A stretch of 64,000 nucleotides of DNA. Origin: Lingula anatina. Taxonomy: Eukaryota > Animalia > Brachiopoda. Positions 13,062 to 26,338 of this stretch are shown here, in pieces. Below the pieces are notes generated by a model that had not been told where the DNA came from, made no database searches, and saw only the letters and a program-made list of their open reading frames with translations. Both the position numbers and the translations under genes were made by a program. The stretch spans positions 42,138,788-42,202,787 of the forward strand of contig CM120640.1 in the NCBI GenBank assembly GCA_051362555.1, given 5' to 3'. Each line of letters begins with the position of its first letter. Position 1 is the stretch's first letter.

Positions 13062-15220
13062 CTGTAAATGTTGATATGACAAATAAATGCCTAAAAATGA
13101 TCAACATAAAGAAGAACTTCTTTTTCATATAAATAAACATTCGGTCTTTCGTGCGTAGTAGATGTCTCGACTGTGTTAACACTGAAGTCCGTGTATATCT
13201 TTTGAGCTAATTTTGCTCTCCTTTGCCACGCACATCAGTCTGAGGCTCTGATATTGGTGTGTAAATCAATGGTTACAAGACAGCACCGATACTAATGGTA
13301 ATAATCCAGAGGTTAATCCCTGGTTTACAAAACTCGAGACTCTTGTCGATGAAAGGATTTGGCAGTTAATAGGGCCGAACACGAAGTGCACCGTGAGAGA
13401 GTAACAGCATTATGCGTCTCTCCGACGTCAAGAATGTCCGTGAATACGCCCAAGGTATCATTTAAATTTAAAAAAGCATTTTTTCATTATTGATATGTGC
13501 TGAAATGTTTGTAATTTTGAAAGAAATATAACTTTTGCAATACAAATGCTTTTTTCTATGAAATTGGACAACTCAAGCCAAACTCAACTAGAAATTTTCC
13601 AAGGAGAATAGTGGTTTACAATATCATTCCTTAGCAGATTCGTGTTGCACCTGGCACGCGTCGACTCCTATAAGGATAACAAAGAGCACGATTGTTTACG
13701 GACGATTAAAACGTTTCTACGTTCACTTATTCAGTTATTTTTACGTTTGTTTTTTTTTCTTCGGCAGTTAATGAAGGAGAAATGTTAGTCGACTAAAATA
13801 CACCATTATGTCATTACTTAATTGTGAGTGCGCGGGGCATGAAGTACTTTGCTCATCTCTCTAAGCTACATCGAGGGTGACAGTATCTAGCACGATATTT
13901 CCCAAGGGCTAACATTCCATTAAGGATTTTGTGTGATGTTTTCAATGCAGTCAATTTCGAAACTACTTTTTTCCGCAATGAATGGTCGATAATCTGCTGT
14001 TTCAGCCACCCCGTTACCGCACTGTTCGTCACTTAGGGCTAAAAGCTAATGCAACTGGCACATCTGGGGTTCAAGAGAGGTACACGTGCTTTCTTTCATT
14101 GCATTTCTCAGTACAACTGCAGATATATAGGCATAACAACGAGGGGTCACTAGCTCGCCTTTTGATTATAAATTATTGTTGAGATGCTTAGGGCGTTGCC
14201 CTAACAGAGTTACAGGAAACTTCAATAAATCAAAGAAACACGTTGAATTTAGACTAGGCAAAACTGAGGTGGTTAACGACCCTTATTTTTCAAATGGAAA
14301 AAATATTGAGCGTTGGTATAGTAAGTAGGAAAAATTTACAAGTGACCCTAGGAAACACCTTATCGCAGCTGTTTTTATGATTGAAAAGCACAACTTAGAT
14401 TTATTTGCCATTTCCTTCCCCTAAGGTAAAAAAAGACTGACAGTAAAATATAGCTGCTAGAACTGTTATATTATTAATGTTAACAAACAAAAAAATTAAT
14501 TCCGTCTGCTCGTTAATTAATTTATTAATTTTGTCTGGCCTTAACTGACAGAATATATATATATATATATATATTCTATATATATTCTATATATATATAT
14601 GACAAGCTTTCGAACTGGCAAGAGAACCCGAAATTAGCTCAATCAAGTAGGCCCATCTAGTTAAACGCGACAAGAATTGAGAATTCACGCATTAAACACA
14701 TCACAGTTACATATGTAGTTCAAGATGTTTGCCTTATCTTATCTTGGCTGTTACTATTTAAATTTGAAAACTTTTTCGGAGTATCTATGTTGAAATACCT
14801 CAAGGTATAGGTAATCGTATTAAGGAACGTTGCATTTCCCAGCTAAAACAATTATCTCTTGTTAAGTGAATGGTTTTGGAAGCATTTCAGAGGGGCAACG
14901 GTGGAAAATCTTGCTTTGAAAGGTATACGTTACAATTAAGCAATTTGTTCTATCCTCCGGACCTTTCAAAAAGTTGTTTGTCGCTTTTACATAGGTTTTA
15001 TCTAGCGATATAATTACATTTGGTCTCGTCTACAGTCGATACGCTCCAAATCCTGTAGTCAGCTTGCTGTAACATTCCTGTAATTGTTTTATCTTATTCA
15101 TAATTAATTTCCCACGAGCCCCACTTCCCCCTTAACTCACTTAACTGCTTATGAATTATTTGTAATTGACGAGCATTTAGTTGCCGCCCAGCACTCGTAA
15201 GCAGACGGCGGCCATTTTTT

Positions 15221-15478
15221 TCAATTATTTCCCTGACTCGACATACTCAACTCATGCACGTCTTTGAGTCTGTACCTAATGGAACACGTTAATGTTGACT
15301 CGGTGGCGTGCTGGAGATTTGGCTGAATAATTGACTGTGTGATTAAGTCATAGCACACAGCAAACTTTTTCTTCTTTCTGAGCCAATTTGCAAAGCCATA
15401 TGGCTGAACAGCTAGTTGTCTTTCACCACAAATGTCAAATTTTTTTGACATTGGGTATGACACTGGCACCTTTTGCAA
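15221..15478 (-). pseudogene. Possible degenerate BEN/DUF4806-like fragment (transposon accessory gene remnant)
   Basis: LAVQPYGFANWLRKKKKF...LITQSII...HATESTLTCSIRYRLKD resembles the LAxxxSWxGxKxKxxF...AT...I...LK pattern of that family. Judged by eye only. Confidence 0.3.
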
Positions 15479-18400
15479 AATTATTTAAAATTATTTGCTA
15501 TATACTCATGAAACAGTTTTAAAATACCATAACATTGTGATGCAGTCCATTGCTTAGTGATGGTACTGAACATAAATGCCCAATAATAAAGCTCAGAATT
15601 TTTTCAAAATACCACTACCTGTTGTTCCATTTTTTTAAATGTTTGACCAAGGTGACAGTAACGCTACAGAGTGAGAGAGAGAGAAAATACATCTTTCAAA
15701 TAATGTCAAGCATACATCCAGGCACCAAAGCTTTGATGATTCATACTTATGTACTCCGTTAAACTGCTGATGTAAGCTACGCAAGGGACCTGGTTCATAA
15801 AAAAATCTTAAGTCAGTTCTTGGCCTAAAATCGTATCCCGCTAATACTTAGCTGGCTAAGCTGCGTTACATAAATTATCTAAATTGCGGCTTACTTGGGA
15901 TTTTCGGTCTTAAAACTATGTTCCTTTTGCCAACTGGGATTGCCTTGACCACCATTTTTACTCACAATAGTGACAAAAACCAATTTCAGTTTGTCTAGCA
16001 CATTGACTGAGGGCAATACATTTCTTAGGACAAAGTCTCAAAGTTGAATTAGTGTAGTAGGTTATCCCAGCTTTTAAAGAACTCAAGACCAAGAACTTAA
16101 GACTTTTTCCAAAACAGGGCCAATATGCGTGCCACGTTGGGGCCAGAGGTCTGGCACTGTCCACATGGTCCCAATGAGGCATCCTTTTTATTGGGTTGTT
16201 GTCCAAAACCCGAGAGCCGCGAGGAGATCAAGTGTATGGTTTACGCACATGGAACACATGTACAATGTATATACTAACCGAATACAAGATGGCCAAGAGA
16301 AGACAGCAAAGCGAGTAACTTGATGGAATCTGAAAATAAAACGGCGTAATTCTCAAAATCGCAATAAGAACAAATATACATGTATTAAAAGGTGTTTTAG
16401 ACACAACCAACTGTTATGTAGTTCTAAAAGAGACTTAATTATTATAAACATATACAAAGTATCCTAGCTTTAAACTGCAGCAATTCAAAGCTTTTCACGT
16501 GTTTTTTTATATTTTATCTTTTATTATGGAGGGTAATGTCCGCTACATCAAGAATGTATGGTAATATGTTCTTGGCTATATTCTTGGTCTGAAACTACGT
16601 GTTTCTTGTTATAATCTGAAAACGTCCAAAATCAGTATGGGATAACATTGGGCGTTTTATTTCAAAACACCAAACCAAATTAGAGTTCATCAAGGTGGAG
16701 TCGGACAATATGTTGCTCTTCGTGGACCGTAGAGATTCCAAACTTGCCACGTGCAATATCGGATAGTCATCCGACTTCCAGGGGCAAAAAGAAGCCTCAT
16801 ATAACACGCGAACGGGTGATACACCACGTGAGGTCAACGGGGGCAACAAGGAGAACCTCACCGGAATCCACACCAACCTTAAATGGCTTTCTTTGGATAT
16901 TTCATCGTTAGTTTACTTAACTTTTTACAGGCATCCATATTTCATCTTCGTTCAAGATTAATTAGCATTGATTTTCCTTATAAAGGTGGCAAAAACTGAT
17001 GTTGATGATAGGTTTCAACAACACTTAATCACGCTATGGCTATTTAATTGAAAACTTAAACCGCAGCGTGGTGTATGCCAAAGCGTGGTGTATGTCGAAT
17101 GAAATCTATTTGTTTCTCAGAACGCCAGTCCTGTTTGGAATCTGAGATGATCAGCAAATTATATAAGTGCGAATCAATTACAGATAATGGCATCTCATAC
17201 ATGAACAGAAAATGTCAAGAAAGGAAATATGCAGTATCGCACATTTAAACCCACCGAATGATGAATATTTCAGAATATGTCATGGCAATAGAAACTTACA
17301 CATTCATAATCGTGATCGGTTGATGTCATCACAACACATACCTTATGAAAAGGCAATAGCACAGTTTGTGAAAATGGGTTTTAAGTAACAAAAAAAAAGA
17401 TTCACTGACTGCCAAAGAGTCGCTTACTCACGCAAATCGATGTTACAGCATTTATCAGAAAATTACACATGTAGCACAGTTTGTCTATAAAATTCCCATT
17501 GTGTAATGCACATATTAGAATTGTAATTGTTTCATTGTATTTCATGTATTTTAGTTACGTCATAGCCCGTATTTATACTGCGCTCGAACCAATAAAGAAT
17601 AATTACAACATTAATTGACATATTTTAGAAAAAAACTCATCGCCGCACGACTCCCACCACGACTGCCTTTTTTCCTCATTATACGTGTAGATAGCTAACA
17701 TTGTTTGCCAATGTATTTATTACTATTTAGCACAGATGAGCATATAATACCTAGGCGAATTGTTTTCTGTGTATAATTATATGTTATTATAAATGTACAA
17801 TAAACTTTTGCTTGAAAATGGTCGTTGCTCTTTCTAGAGGAGACAGTTGCATTTAAGCTGTTGCGCGACAAGACATTTTTTATAAAACATATTATTGTAC
17901 ATATATCACACCTAGACTGGATGTGTGTCGTGTTTAGCTATAGCATATTTCCCTTTTCCGAGCATATACATCCCAAACATGATCTGGTAAAAGGGATCTC
18001 GCAATCAGATATTCCACCAGAAACGAGATAAACGTTTCGACCAATAACTTTAATTAAACGGAGATTTATGTTCAGCCACAGCTCACTAACTTGTAATAAT
18101 TCCGAAGAAAATGTGAGCGTGCAGACAGTGCGGGTTATCTTTTTCAACCATTTGTCTTTTCGACTGGCTATCTGAATGGAAGAGATGAAGGGGGTCCTTT
18201 CGGTATGTTTCACCTTCTGCATTGCATCTTATTGAGTCTATAAGCTGATAAGAGGCTTTTACGTATATAAAACTATTGAGTATTGATGATGTTGTGCTGG
18301 GAATAACGGACAAACTGAAAAATGGAATATTGGGATCATGTAAACCAAATGCATGCTCAAGACAAAAATATTTTCTGCAATAGTAAGTGTCACCTTGTGA

Positions 18401-19161
18401 TCGGGTTAGTTGTCAAATATAAACATGGTGTATTATTTCCATCGTGCAAATAAACATTCCTCTAAGCGGAACAAAATTTTGAAAAAAATTAGAAATTCTA
18501 TTCACAAACGTAAATTCATTTATGTATTTTTTATTTAAATAATAAATAATATAATAAATAAAATAACCTGCTAGGTTTTCAAAAATGATAAATAACTTTC
18601 TGGTTAGAACGGTTTCAAAGGCCCTACTGTCTGCACCCAAATATAACAAAACGATTTCACCAAGTATGTATATAAAAACACTGTACTAGTAGATGGCATA
18701 ATGACGTTAAGCAGCCTTTGCTTTGATGTTCAACTCAAATATGCGAGAGTCTTAGACATGAATGGTTTTATCTTTTAGCAAACTTCCTCTGCTTTCAATA
18801 AAGCGATCCTCTTGGTAAGAACAAAATCAGGAAGCCATATTGTGCCGTGATCCCCATGGAACTAGATCCCCTTTCTTTTGCTAATTCTGATGTCACATTG
18901 TCCAGGAGATGGACATAAGGATATGGGGTTTTGAATCTCGCGCGAAAATGACTCCGAACATGGTCCCCAGTCAATCAAATACGATATCACATAATGGAAG
19001 CCGAACCACACACGCAGGTTACACCAAGATGTGGATTTTTTTGTTTGTTTATGAAGTTGTCTTCTTTTCCTGGTTGTTTCACCATCAAACATGATTGTGA
19101 CCAGTGTTAATTTTTGGAGTTAAACACACCTCTGCTCTGTAAAATTGCCCAGGGCCAACTG

Positions 19162-19500
19162 ACTGACTGAGGAAGATGCTCCGTGGCATTCCTTTTATAT
19201 GTCCATGCAGGTAATCTGGACAAGGGGGAGGGACGCTTGACCTACTCAAATTCGTCTGTCGTCGCCGATACCATGTTCTCACAATGTGATATGATGGCAA
19301 CACGACTATATTGCTAGGGCCTTGCGTTTTCATGTTGACCTTTAAGGCAATCAGTCAGGTTCTTTTTGCCTTCGTTTTGTCTTCGTGAGGACGATCACAT
19401 CGGATGGCATCACGCTGTCGCTGAAGAGAGCCGAATTCCCATGTGCCATGGTAACATGGATATATAAAAGTTCAGCCTCAGAGCATCTTCCTCAGTCAGT
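19162..19500. promoter_or_regulatory. Inverted pair of TATA + Inr-like cassettes pointing away from each other
   Basis: 19162-19181 is the exact reverse complement of 19481-19500. TATAAAA starts at 19463 (+) and 19199 (-), each 31 nt before the A of a TCAGT motif (19494 and 19168). Confidence 0.4.
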
Positions 19501-19697
19501 TCTAAGCACTTCTAATGCGAAAAGTCGTGACATTTTGATGTTTTCCTGCGGGTGTGTAAACTACTATAATATTTTTTTCGTGTTATCTCCGTGCTTTTTA
19601 TTTTTGTATGTGGTTCGTGACCTCCTGTGGGCTCTGAACTTGCTTCGGCCAAATTCAAAATTTCATGGTCATCCAGTGTCAACTTCGTGACGCTTTC

Positions 19698-22600
19698 CAC
19701 CCAAACCCAATATAGAGGTGCAAACGATGTCACAGACATGTTCCTAAAAATATGTAGTGCACAGATTACAAACTATGTTTGATTATTTTAGGGTCCCACA
19801 TAAAGAAGTTTGTATTAAAGTTTCCCTTTCCTGGAACCACGAATAATAAAAAAAAAATCATCATCTAACCCCAAAAAGGAACATACGTTACTGTCACAAA
19901 TGCATAACGTCTAGCTGTTGAAGCGTTTTAATCACATTGAAAATTCAATCATCACGGGTTTTGTTCTTTAATTTATATCCTACAGTATAACGTTGTAAAA
20001 AATTACGAAAAGCTTCTGTATAGAGCAGTTAATTGTTTTTTAGCGACTTAAGTTTGCCTGTCACTGAATATTAAAAAAACGGGGAAAATACACCCTACCG
20101 AAAGTAAAATAAGCATTTAATAAATTATTTCTCCCCTCGTGCTCCAAATATTATATCTGAAATGTCAAACTATCATGGAATCATGATATATTTTTCTGTC
20201 AGCAAAAGAAAACATTGTTTTCTCTTGCACCAAGTACTTGTACAAAATGAAACATTTTGTCAATTTTCCTAGGGAACATACGTTACCTAGTATTAGCTAT
20301 GACGCAGGCCCCATTAGTTACGGTTTAAATATTTATAAAAAACGTCCTTACGTCATATTTAATTTAACATGATCGAATCACTTCAAAATGTATAAGAACA
20401 CGTTATGAAAATAAAAATTAGGTGGCCTGGAACATACGTTACCGGAACATACGTTACCAGTAAAAATCTACTTGTGCCCAAAACTGGCTCCGAAAGAAAA
20501 ATTAGCTTCTGTTTGAGATGTCAGGTGGTTCTTTCTGACGTCTGCTCGAGCTAAAGATTAGATGAGGTTAGTTACAAGTGTAAATAAATCCATAAAATCC
20601 TCAGTAACGATGTAGGCGAATTGAATGATTTTGACGTATTAAAAAATTAAATACAAATACAGAAATGAATGTCAAAGACGGGAATAAATGTCAAACAAAA
20701 CTGTGCAAGGAAAAAATAATCGCCAACGAGCGCAGTGAGCGCAGTGCCAAATACATTGATACCGAACGGGAACATCATTATTTCAGAAAAATGCGAAAAC
20801 AAGAGCTGAGATTTAAAAAAATATCGATCTCGTAAAAAAGATATGAGGGTGACGCTTATTTGGAAGCGAAAGAAAACGGGTTCAAAATACTATGTAGGCC
20901 TACCTTCCGCCTCCTTATCAATGTCGTGAAAGACAAAATCGCGAAAACGAAGACTTCACTAAAGGAAAGAAGAGCTCCTAGCTGCTATAGAAGTTACCGA
21001 GGCAAGTCCACAGCAATCACCACTTGTTGTGTGTGCAAGGTGGTCACAACGTGGAAACGATTGAGAAGAAACTGAAAGCAGTCACATTGAACAATTAAAG
21101 AACTACAATCACAGGTTAATGCCATAAGCAAGAGGGAGAATGCTATCCGGCAACGATTTAGCCATTGTAGAAGACGAAATATGGAACCACCTGAATTTCC
21201 CACATGCCCCAAAATTAAGACAGAACGCATCATACAGCAGGCTACGCACCCAAGCTAACACTGTGCAGAAGCAATTACTTTTATGTCTCCTCCATCCCAG
21301 TGTACCACAAACTTTCATAGTCTTATTTATAACATAAAGAAGGCAACAAAGAATATCGATTGTTCAAGATTTGGTCAAACAAGGCCGCTTTTATTTTATA
21401 ACCCCACTACCCTAATTATTTTAGCAATAATAACAATGTAGCAAATTGTTGCCTTTATCCTTAGGGATAAAATAATATTATATATACATATAATATTCAA
21501 TAAGACTAATCATCCTAAAAATATGATGACTTATAGAAAATGTTTTTTTAGCTACAGTGGGTCAAGTTTAACGAGTTACACCAAGAAGTAAGGTGACAAT
21601 TTTGCATAATATAGTGGCTGAGAAGATTGCGAAGACGTACCGTTGTCTCAGATTTCTTTCCGCTGCTACTGGCATTTGCCGGAATCGTTGGTCGAGAACT
21701 CGCGAAAAGGGGATGAACTTTTTCCTGCTACTCTACGGATGGAAGTAGCAGGGAAAAAAAGGCAAGCTGTATACGATTTTTTGAACGAGACGACTATAGT
21801 AGAGCCCAAGAGCGCCAGTAACCAAAATAAAAAATTCATCGAGCACGTTGGCAGAGTAAAAACACAACTACATATGAACATCTACGAAATCTCAAGGAAA
21901 CTTTTACAAGAAATCATGCAGCCTATAATTTGTCTTAAATAGCGACTGATAAGGACCATAGAGACCCTTGAACTTTAAAGTGATATCTGTTTCTTATACT
22001 CACTCAATGGAAAGACTTAAAAACGTTATTATATTTTGTGAACCAATTATTTTTTATAGATGGAACAAACATTATATATATATATATATATTTTTTTTTT
22101 AATTCCCAAAAGTGCCGAAATCCGCAAGACAATTTAGACCTTTCAGAGAGGATAGTAAAGCCCATTTTGAACGAATTCTCTGCTGTATTGGAAAACCTAT
22201 AGGTGTGTTGAAAAAGGCTTCGTTTAAAGAGGTGGTAGGTTAGATGTTTCTGGTATCTGTATTTCTTTACATGCAAATGATTAAGACATTTGATACGCGG
22301 GTCGTGTTTGTGTAATAAGTTATCACTTTTGATGTCTGAGTTACATGTACTTTTAAACACCTCAATGAATTCTGCGAAAAAAGCGAAAAAATATCTTATC
22401 AATATTTATTAAACTCGTGTCCCGTTTCTTTTCTATGGCTGTGGAACATACGTTACATTACGGTATGCGAAGGATGCGAGGTGTAGTTGGTATTGTAACT
22501 AATACACCCAAAATTTGAAACTGTCAATGAGTTTTAAATTCACGACGAATATGACCAGTGGTAGGTAACTTTTAGGTAACAAAGTTTTCAATTCTCTATA

Positions 22601-23039
22601 CAATTGACAATTACTGCCATTGAAAGAGTCATCAACGTGGACATTGTAAAGAAAAATGGTCTTTAGTTTGTAAGTAAGTAATTTTCCTAGATCTGGTCAA
22701 TTGAAATTTATTTTCCTATCACTTTTCCATTATTAATGACTCATAGGGTTCTGATAGTGTTTAGCTTGCACAAATTTCCACAGCGCTCAACTAATGATCG
22801 TGTTTGTATCAGGCGATTCAGTGGTAACGTATGTTCTTTCTTACGCTTTTTTCACTTCAAACGGCTATCAATTTATTTGCTTACAAAACAGAAACGCGTG
22901 GGCGTAAAATTGGGACATTTGTGGATTTTTGTTCTATACACATGTAAGTTTAAAAAAATTGGATAATACATCAAATTCATTCAATTTCATTTTTTGAGAC
23001 TTGAACTTGTGAAATGCACCTCTATATTGGGTTTGGGTG
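19698..23039. mobile_element. Non-autonomous or decayed DNA transposon, 3342 bp, CAC...GTG termini, 4-bp TSD (Chapaev/CMC-like by end structure)
   Basis: Perfect 25-bp TIR CACCCAAACCCAATATAGAGGTGCA at 19698-19722 with its reverse complement at 23015-23039. TTTC flanks both sides (19694-19697, 23040-23043). Internal repeated motif GGAACATACGTTAC. Broken coding-like remnants on + at about 20660-21940. The superfamily call is an inference. Confidence 0.85.
21279..21475 (+). repeat. Dispersed repeat of about 190 bp, copy 1 (inside the CAC...GTG element)
   Basis: Aligns by eye with the reverse complement of about 25415-25612 (shared ATCCCAGTG.ACCACAAACTTTCATA, CCGCTTTTATT.TATAACCCCACTA.CCTAAT.ATTTT). 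Confidence 0.8.
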
Positions 23040-25414
23040 TTTCATATACATATATGCACTTTCTCACGTGCTTAGTCATTCTTCATCACACACATACACA
23101 CACGCGCGCGCGCGCCCACACACACACACACACACATATGCTAAAACACTGGTTTAACAGAATCTAGCAGATGCCTTATCCTAAGCGATGTGTTACTTTT
23201 AATCAATAATCCAGCGGAGAATAAGTGACATATTAGATTGATGATGGATTCATATGTGACGGCCGGTGTAAAAAAATGTTGAGAACGATGTGTTGGAGAG
23301 AGAGAGGGAGAGAGAGAAAATGAGAGAGAGAGAGAGAGAGTATCAATATTCTTTCTTTTTAATTACTATGGACTATGACTAATAAGTCTATTAACATATA
23401 ATTACATTTAAGGTACAAAGTTGTTAAAGCGCACGAGTTTTAATAAAATGGTGTGTAGACCATTATATACTACACGGCACAATGCAGCTATCTAACCTTG
23501 CGAGAAAAGAAATCGACCAGATAAAACCCCACTGACACTTGTCAATGTAGGTTATGTCTACTACATATAATAAAACTATTATCCAGAAAATCCGACTGAA
23601 AACATCTAATTGTATTTCCTTGATTGAATGTTTTGTCGAGGACGTTCTGATTTTGAACAACGGGGGAAGGAAATCAAATTAACACCCCAAGCGTGGGGCT
23701 CCTGCTATTTTTTTCTTTCCAGCAGGGTCACCTTGGGTCCAGTTATTTTTACCGCCTCATATGAGGGTATATATATCTTAGTGGAGTGCGTCAGTGTGCG
23801 TGTGCCTGCGTGTTTTAGCTTGAAACCGGATGATATTATTCGTATATTGGTAGGAGTAGGAGCCCCCCATTTTTAAACAAAATCAGTCATATAGGTAAGG
23901 GGAATAGGGAAATACCCCCCCCCCCATCGCTTTTTTAATGGTAAGCTCCACCCCAACTAAAATTTGCTGCCTACGCACACTGATCACGACGTATATTACG
24001 ACAATCCACTTCCATGTCATTCGCCCAAAGGGTTCATGTTATTTTAACTGATCAAGCTAAAATGTGTTTTAGATTGAACATTCAATTACAGCTAATCACC
24101 TATCAGCAATAACGTTATTGTCTTTAGTACATCTACAAAATTTCAACCCACCTGGTATCCTAGCATACATCAGTATTGATGAACCAATCTGCAGTACACA
24201 GTTTGATAATCCGATCCATCTATGCCATACTGAATGTACGTAATCATCCACACAAACGCCGTTATCTCTTCCCTGAATCACTTACCAAAGATGTTTAGCG
24301 CATTAACATCTGTCATTGTTGTCTTTCATCGTTTTTTGTTACTCGCCTAACCTCTACTACATGTTTCTCTGAAATGCACAAAAAAGCAAAGTTGAAAATG
24401 TAAGTTTAAAATCCGACTATAAAAGCGCATCTCCTATATATATAAGAATTTAAGCACTGTAACCATTTCAACAAAAAAATAGACGTGAACGCCTAAAAAC
24501 GTTTCTCTTCCTCGTTTAGTTACAGCGTTGTACTTAGATCACAGAAGATGTTTTTATGGCAATACACGAGCATTGTACGTTTATCGAAATATCCAGAGTG
24601 ATTGGGTGTTGCAGACTTCCGGTCACGTGCTCAGTAGTGAAGCATGTGCTGGTTCTTTAGGTAACACATAATAAAACCATATTGACCAATAGTCTAATAA
24701 CAATTTTTCAAGATAAATTGGTAAAACTTTCCTCAATGAAAACCTGTTTAAAATCAAATCACTATACCGTGCACATTGCAATGTAATATCATTGATCGAT
24801 AATCTGACCACTTCTCCTGTGGGGCACTTTGATATCGTCTGGAAGGCCGTATTTTTTCCTAATTAATGTCCTACATTGTACCAGAACTCTAGAGTGCAGT
24901 TAAATGACCAAATGAAATCCAAATTTATTATCTTGGTATCAGCCCTGTTTTATAGCCCTAACAAGAACCTCTACTAAAAGATGCTGGCATTAATATCATT
25001 GGTGTTTTAACCAAAAACGAAATTGCTTGCGCGCTTTGTACCTCAGGCAGACAAAACATATATTTCAACAATTAGGATTTCGAAGATTTTGCCCTGCACA
25101 TACATGTATAATCTAAAGAAGTGCCTGAAGCTACCGTCCAATAAGAATGTAGTAAAAAATAAATCTAAGAAGTAAAGAATAAGTGTACCATACATATTGC
25201 CATGTTTGCTTTTCTAGCAAGAATGGCAAGAATTACTGCGGAAGTTGCCGCATGTATTAGGCGTCTTAAGAACGCAAATAGAAAAAAAAACCGAAAAGAA
25301 GGCAACTTTGCAACCCCACAAGCGAAATTTGTGCAAAATTGTAAATAAAAACTTTTGCTGACTCATTGCATCATAATTTTTAGGATGATGAGTCGTATTG
25401 AATATTTCATATAT

Positions 25415-25612
25415 ATTTTTCATCCCTTAGGCCATAACATTTATAACAGGGAACAATTTGTCGCATTGTTAAAATGATTAGGATAGTGGGGTTATATAAT
25501 AAAAGCGGTCGTTTGGCCAAATCTCGAACAACCAATATTCTTTGTTACCTTCTTTCTTGTTGTGAATGGGATTATGAAAGTTTGTGGTGCACTGGGATAG
25601 AGGAAACATAAA
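25415..25612 (-). repeat. Dispersed repeat of about 190 bp, copy 2 (inverted relative to 21279-21475)
   Basis: Same alignment as for copy 1. Confidence 0.8.
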
Positions 25613-26285
25613 CAGCTGTAATGGCTACAATGGCAGTTGCGGTTTCATTTTAATCCAGATTTAGTCTATAGTACTAGTAGTTGCTAAAAGTAGGTAACCA
25701 CAGAAATTCTTAGGGACAATCATGCCAGCTTGACCTGGACAAAACATATTGTTTTATAGGTTTTCTATGTTTGAATAGACAAAAATTGCGGTGACCTTAC
25801 AACAAATGATAACTACCATTGTTACTGCTGTTCTAAAAAATCAATTAGGCACATATTTCCACTCGGTTGTAACTAAACAGAGCAATTAAATCCACATATA
25901 CAAGACGTTTTACCCAGTAGTGTTTACGGATGCCTTTTCTACACATGAGTAGTCTTGCGATTAACTAAACAGAAAAAAGATACGCAAGAACCTGTAAATT
26001 TGCACAATCCTTTCGTGCAACTATTTTAACCGCCTGTGCAAAAAAGCTTTGCTCAATGAATTTTTCATCAACTCAATTGTTGAATGATAACAGTAAATGG
26101 ATGGCGGTTTCAGCGTATTATATACCCATATGAATTTAATATAGAAAGCCTGCATTGTTTGCCATTGTGAATTTGCAGAAATGCAGCACAGGTGCAAAAA
26201 CTTAATTATCCTCCCGACCTCATGACAAACAATGATCATAGGTGACTTTATATCTTTATATTTGTAATGAGTGCAAGCCTATGGG

Positions 26286-26337
<52 letters not shown>
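26286..26337 (+). repeat. Poly(A) tract, about 52 nt
   Basis: Seen directly. No clear TSD or parent retroelement was recognised. Confidence 0.9.

Positions 26338-26338
<1 letters not shown>

Noticed and set aside
16595-16950. HNH endonuclease or US22-family similarity (RVLYEASF, LHVASLESL)
   Set aside because: Only a few scattered residues match, too weak to call without a profile search.
19167-19200. Hammerhead ribozyme suggested by CTGAGGA plus a small stem
   Set aside because: No GAAA core follows the stem in either arm.
19698-23039. Transib/RAG-like transposon with RSS-like ends
   Set aside because: The TSD is 4 bp rather than 5, the ends lack a CACAGTG heptamer and nonamer, and no RAG1-like ORF is present.
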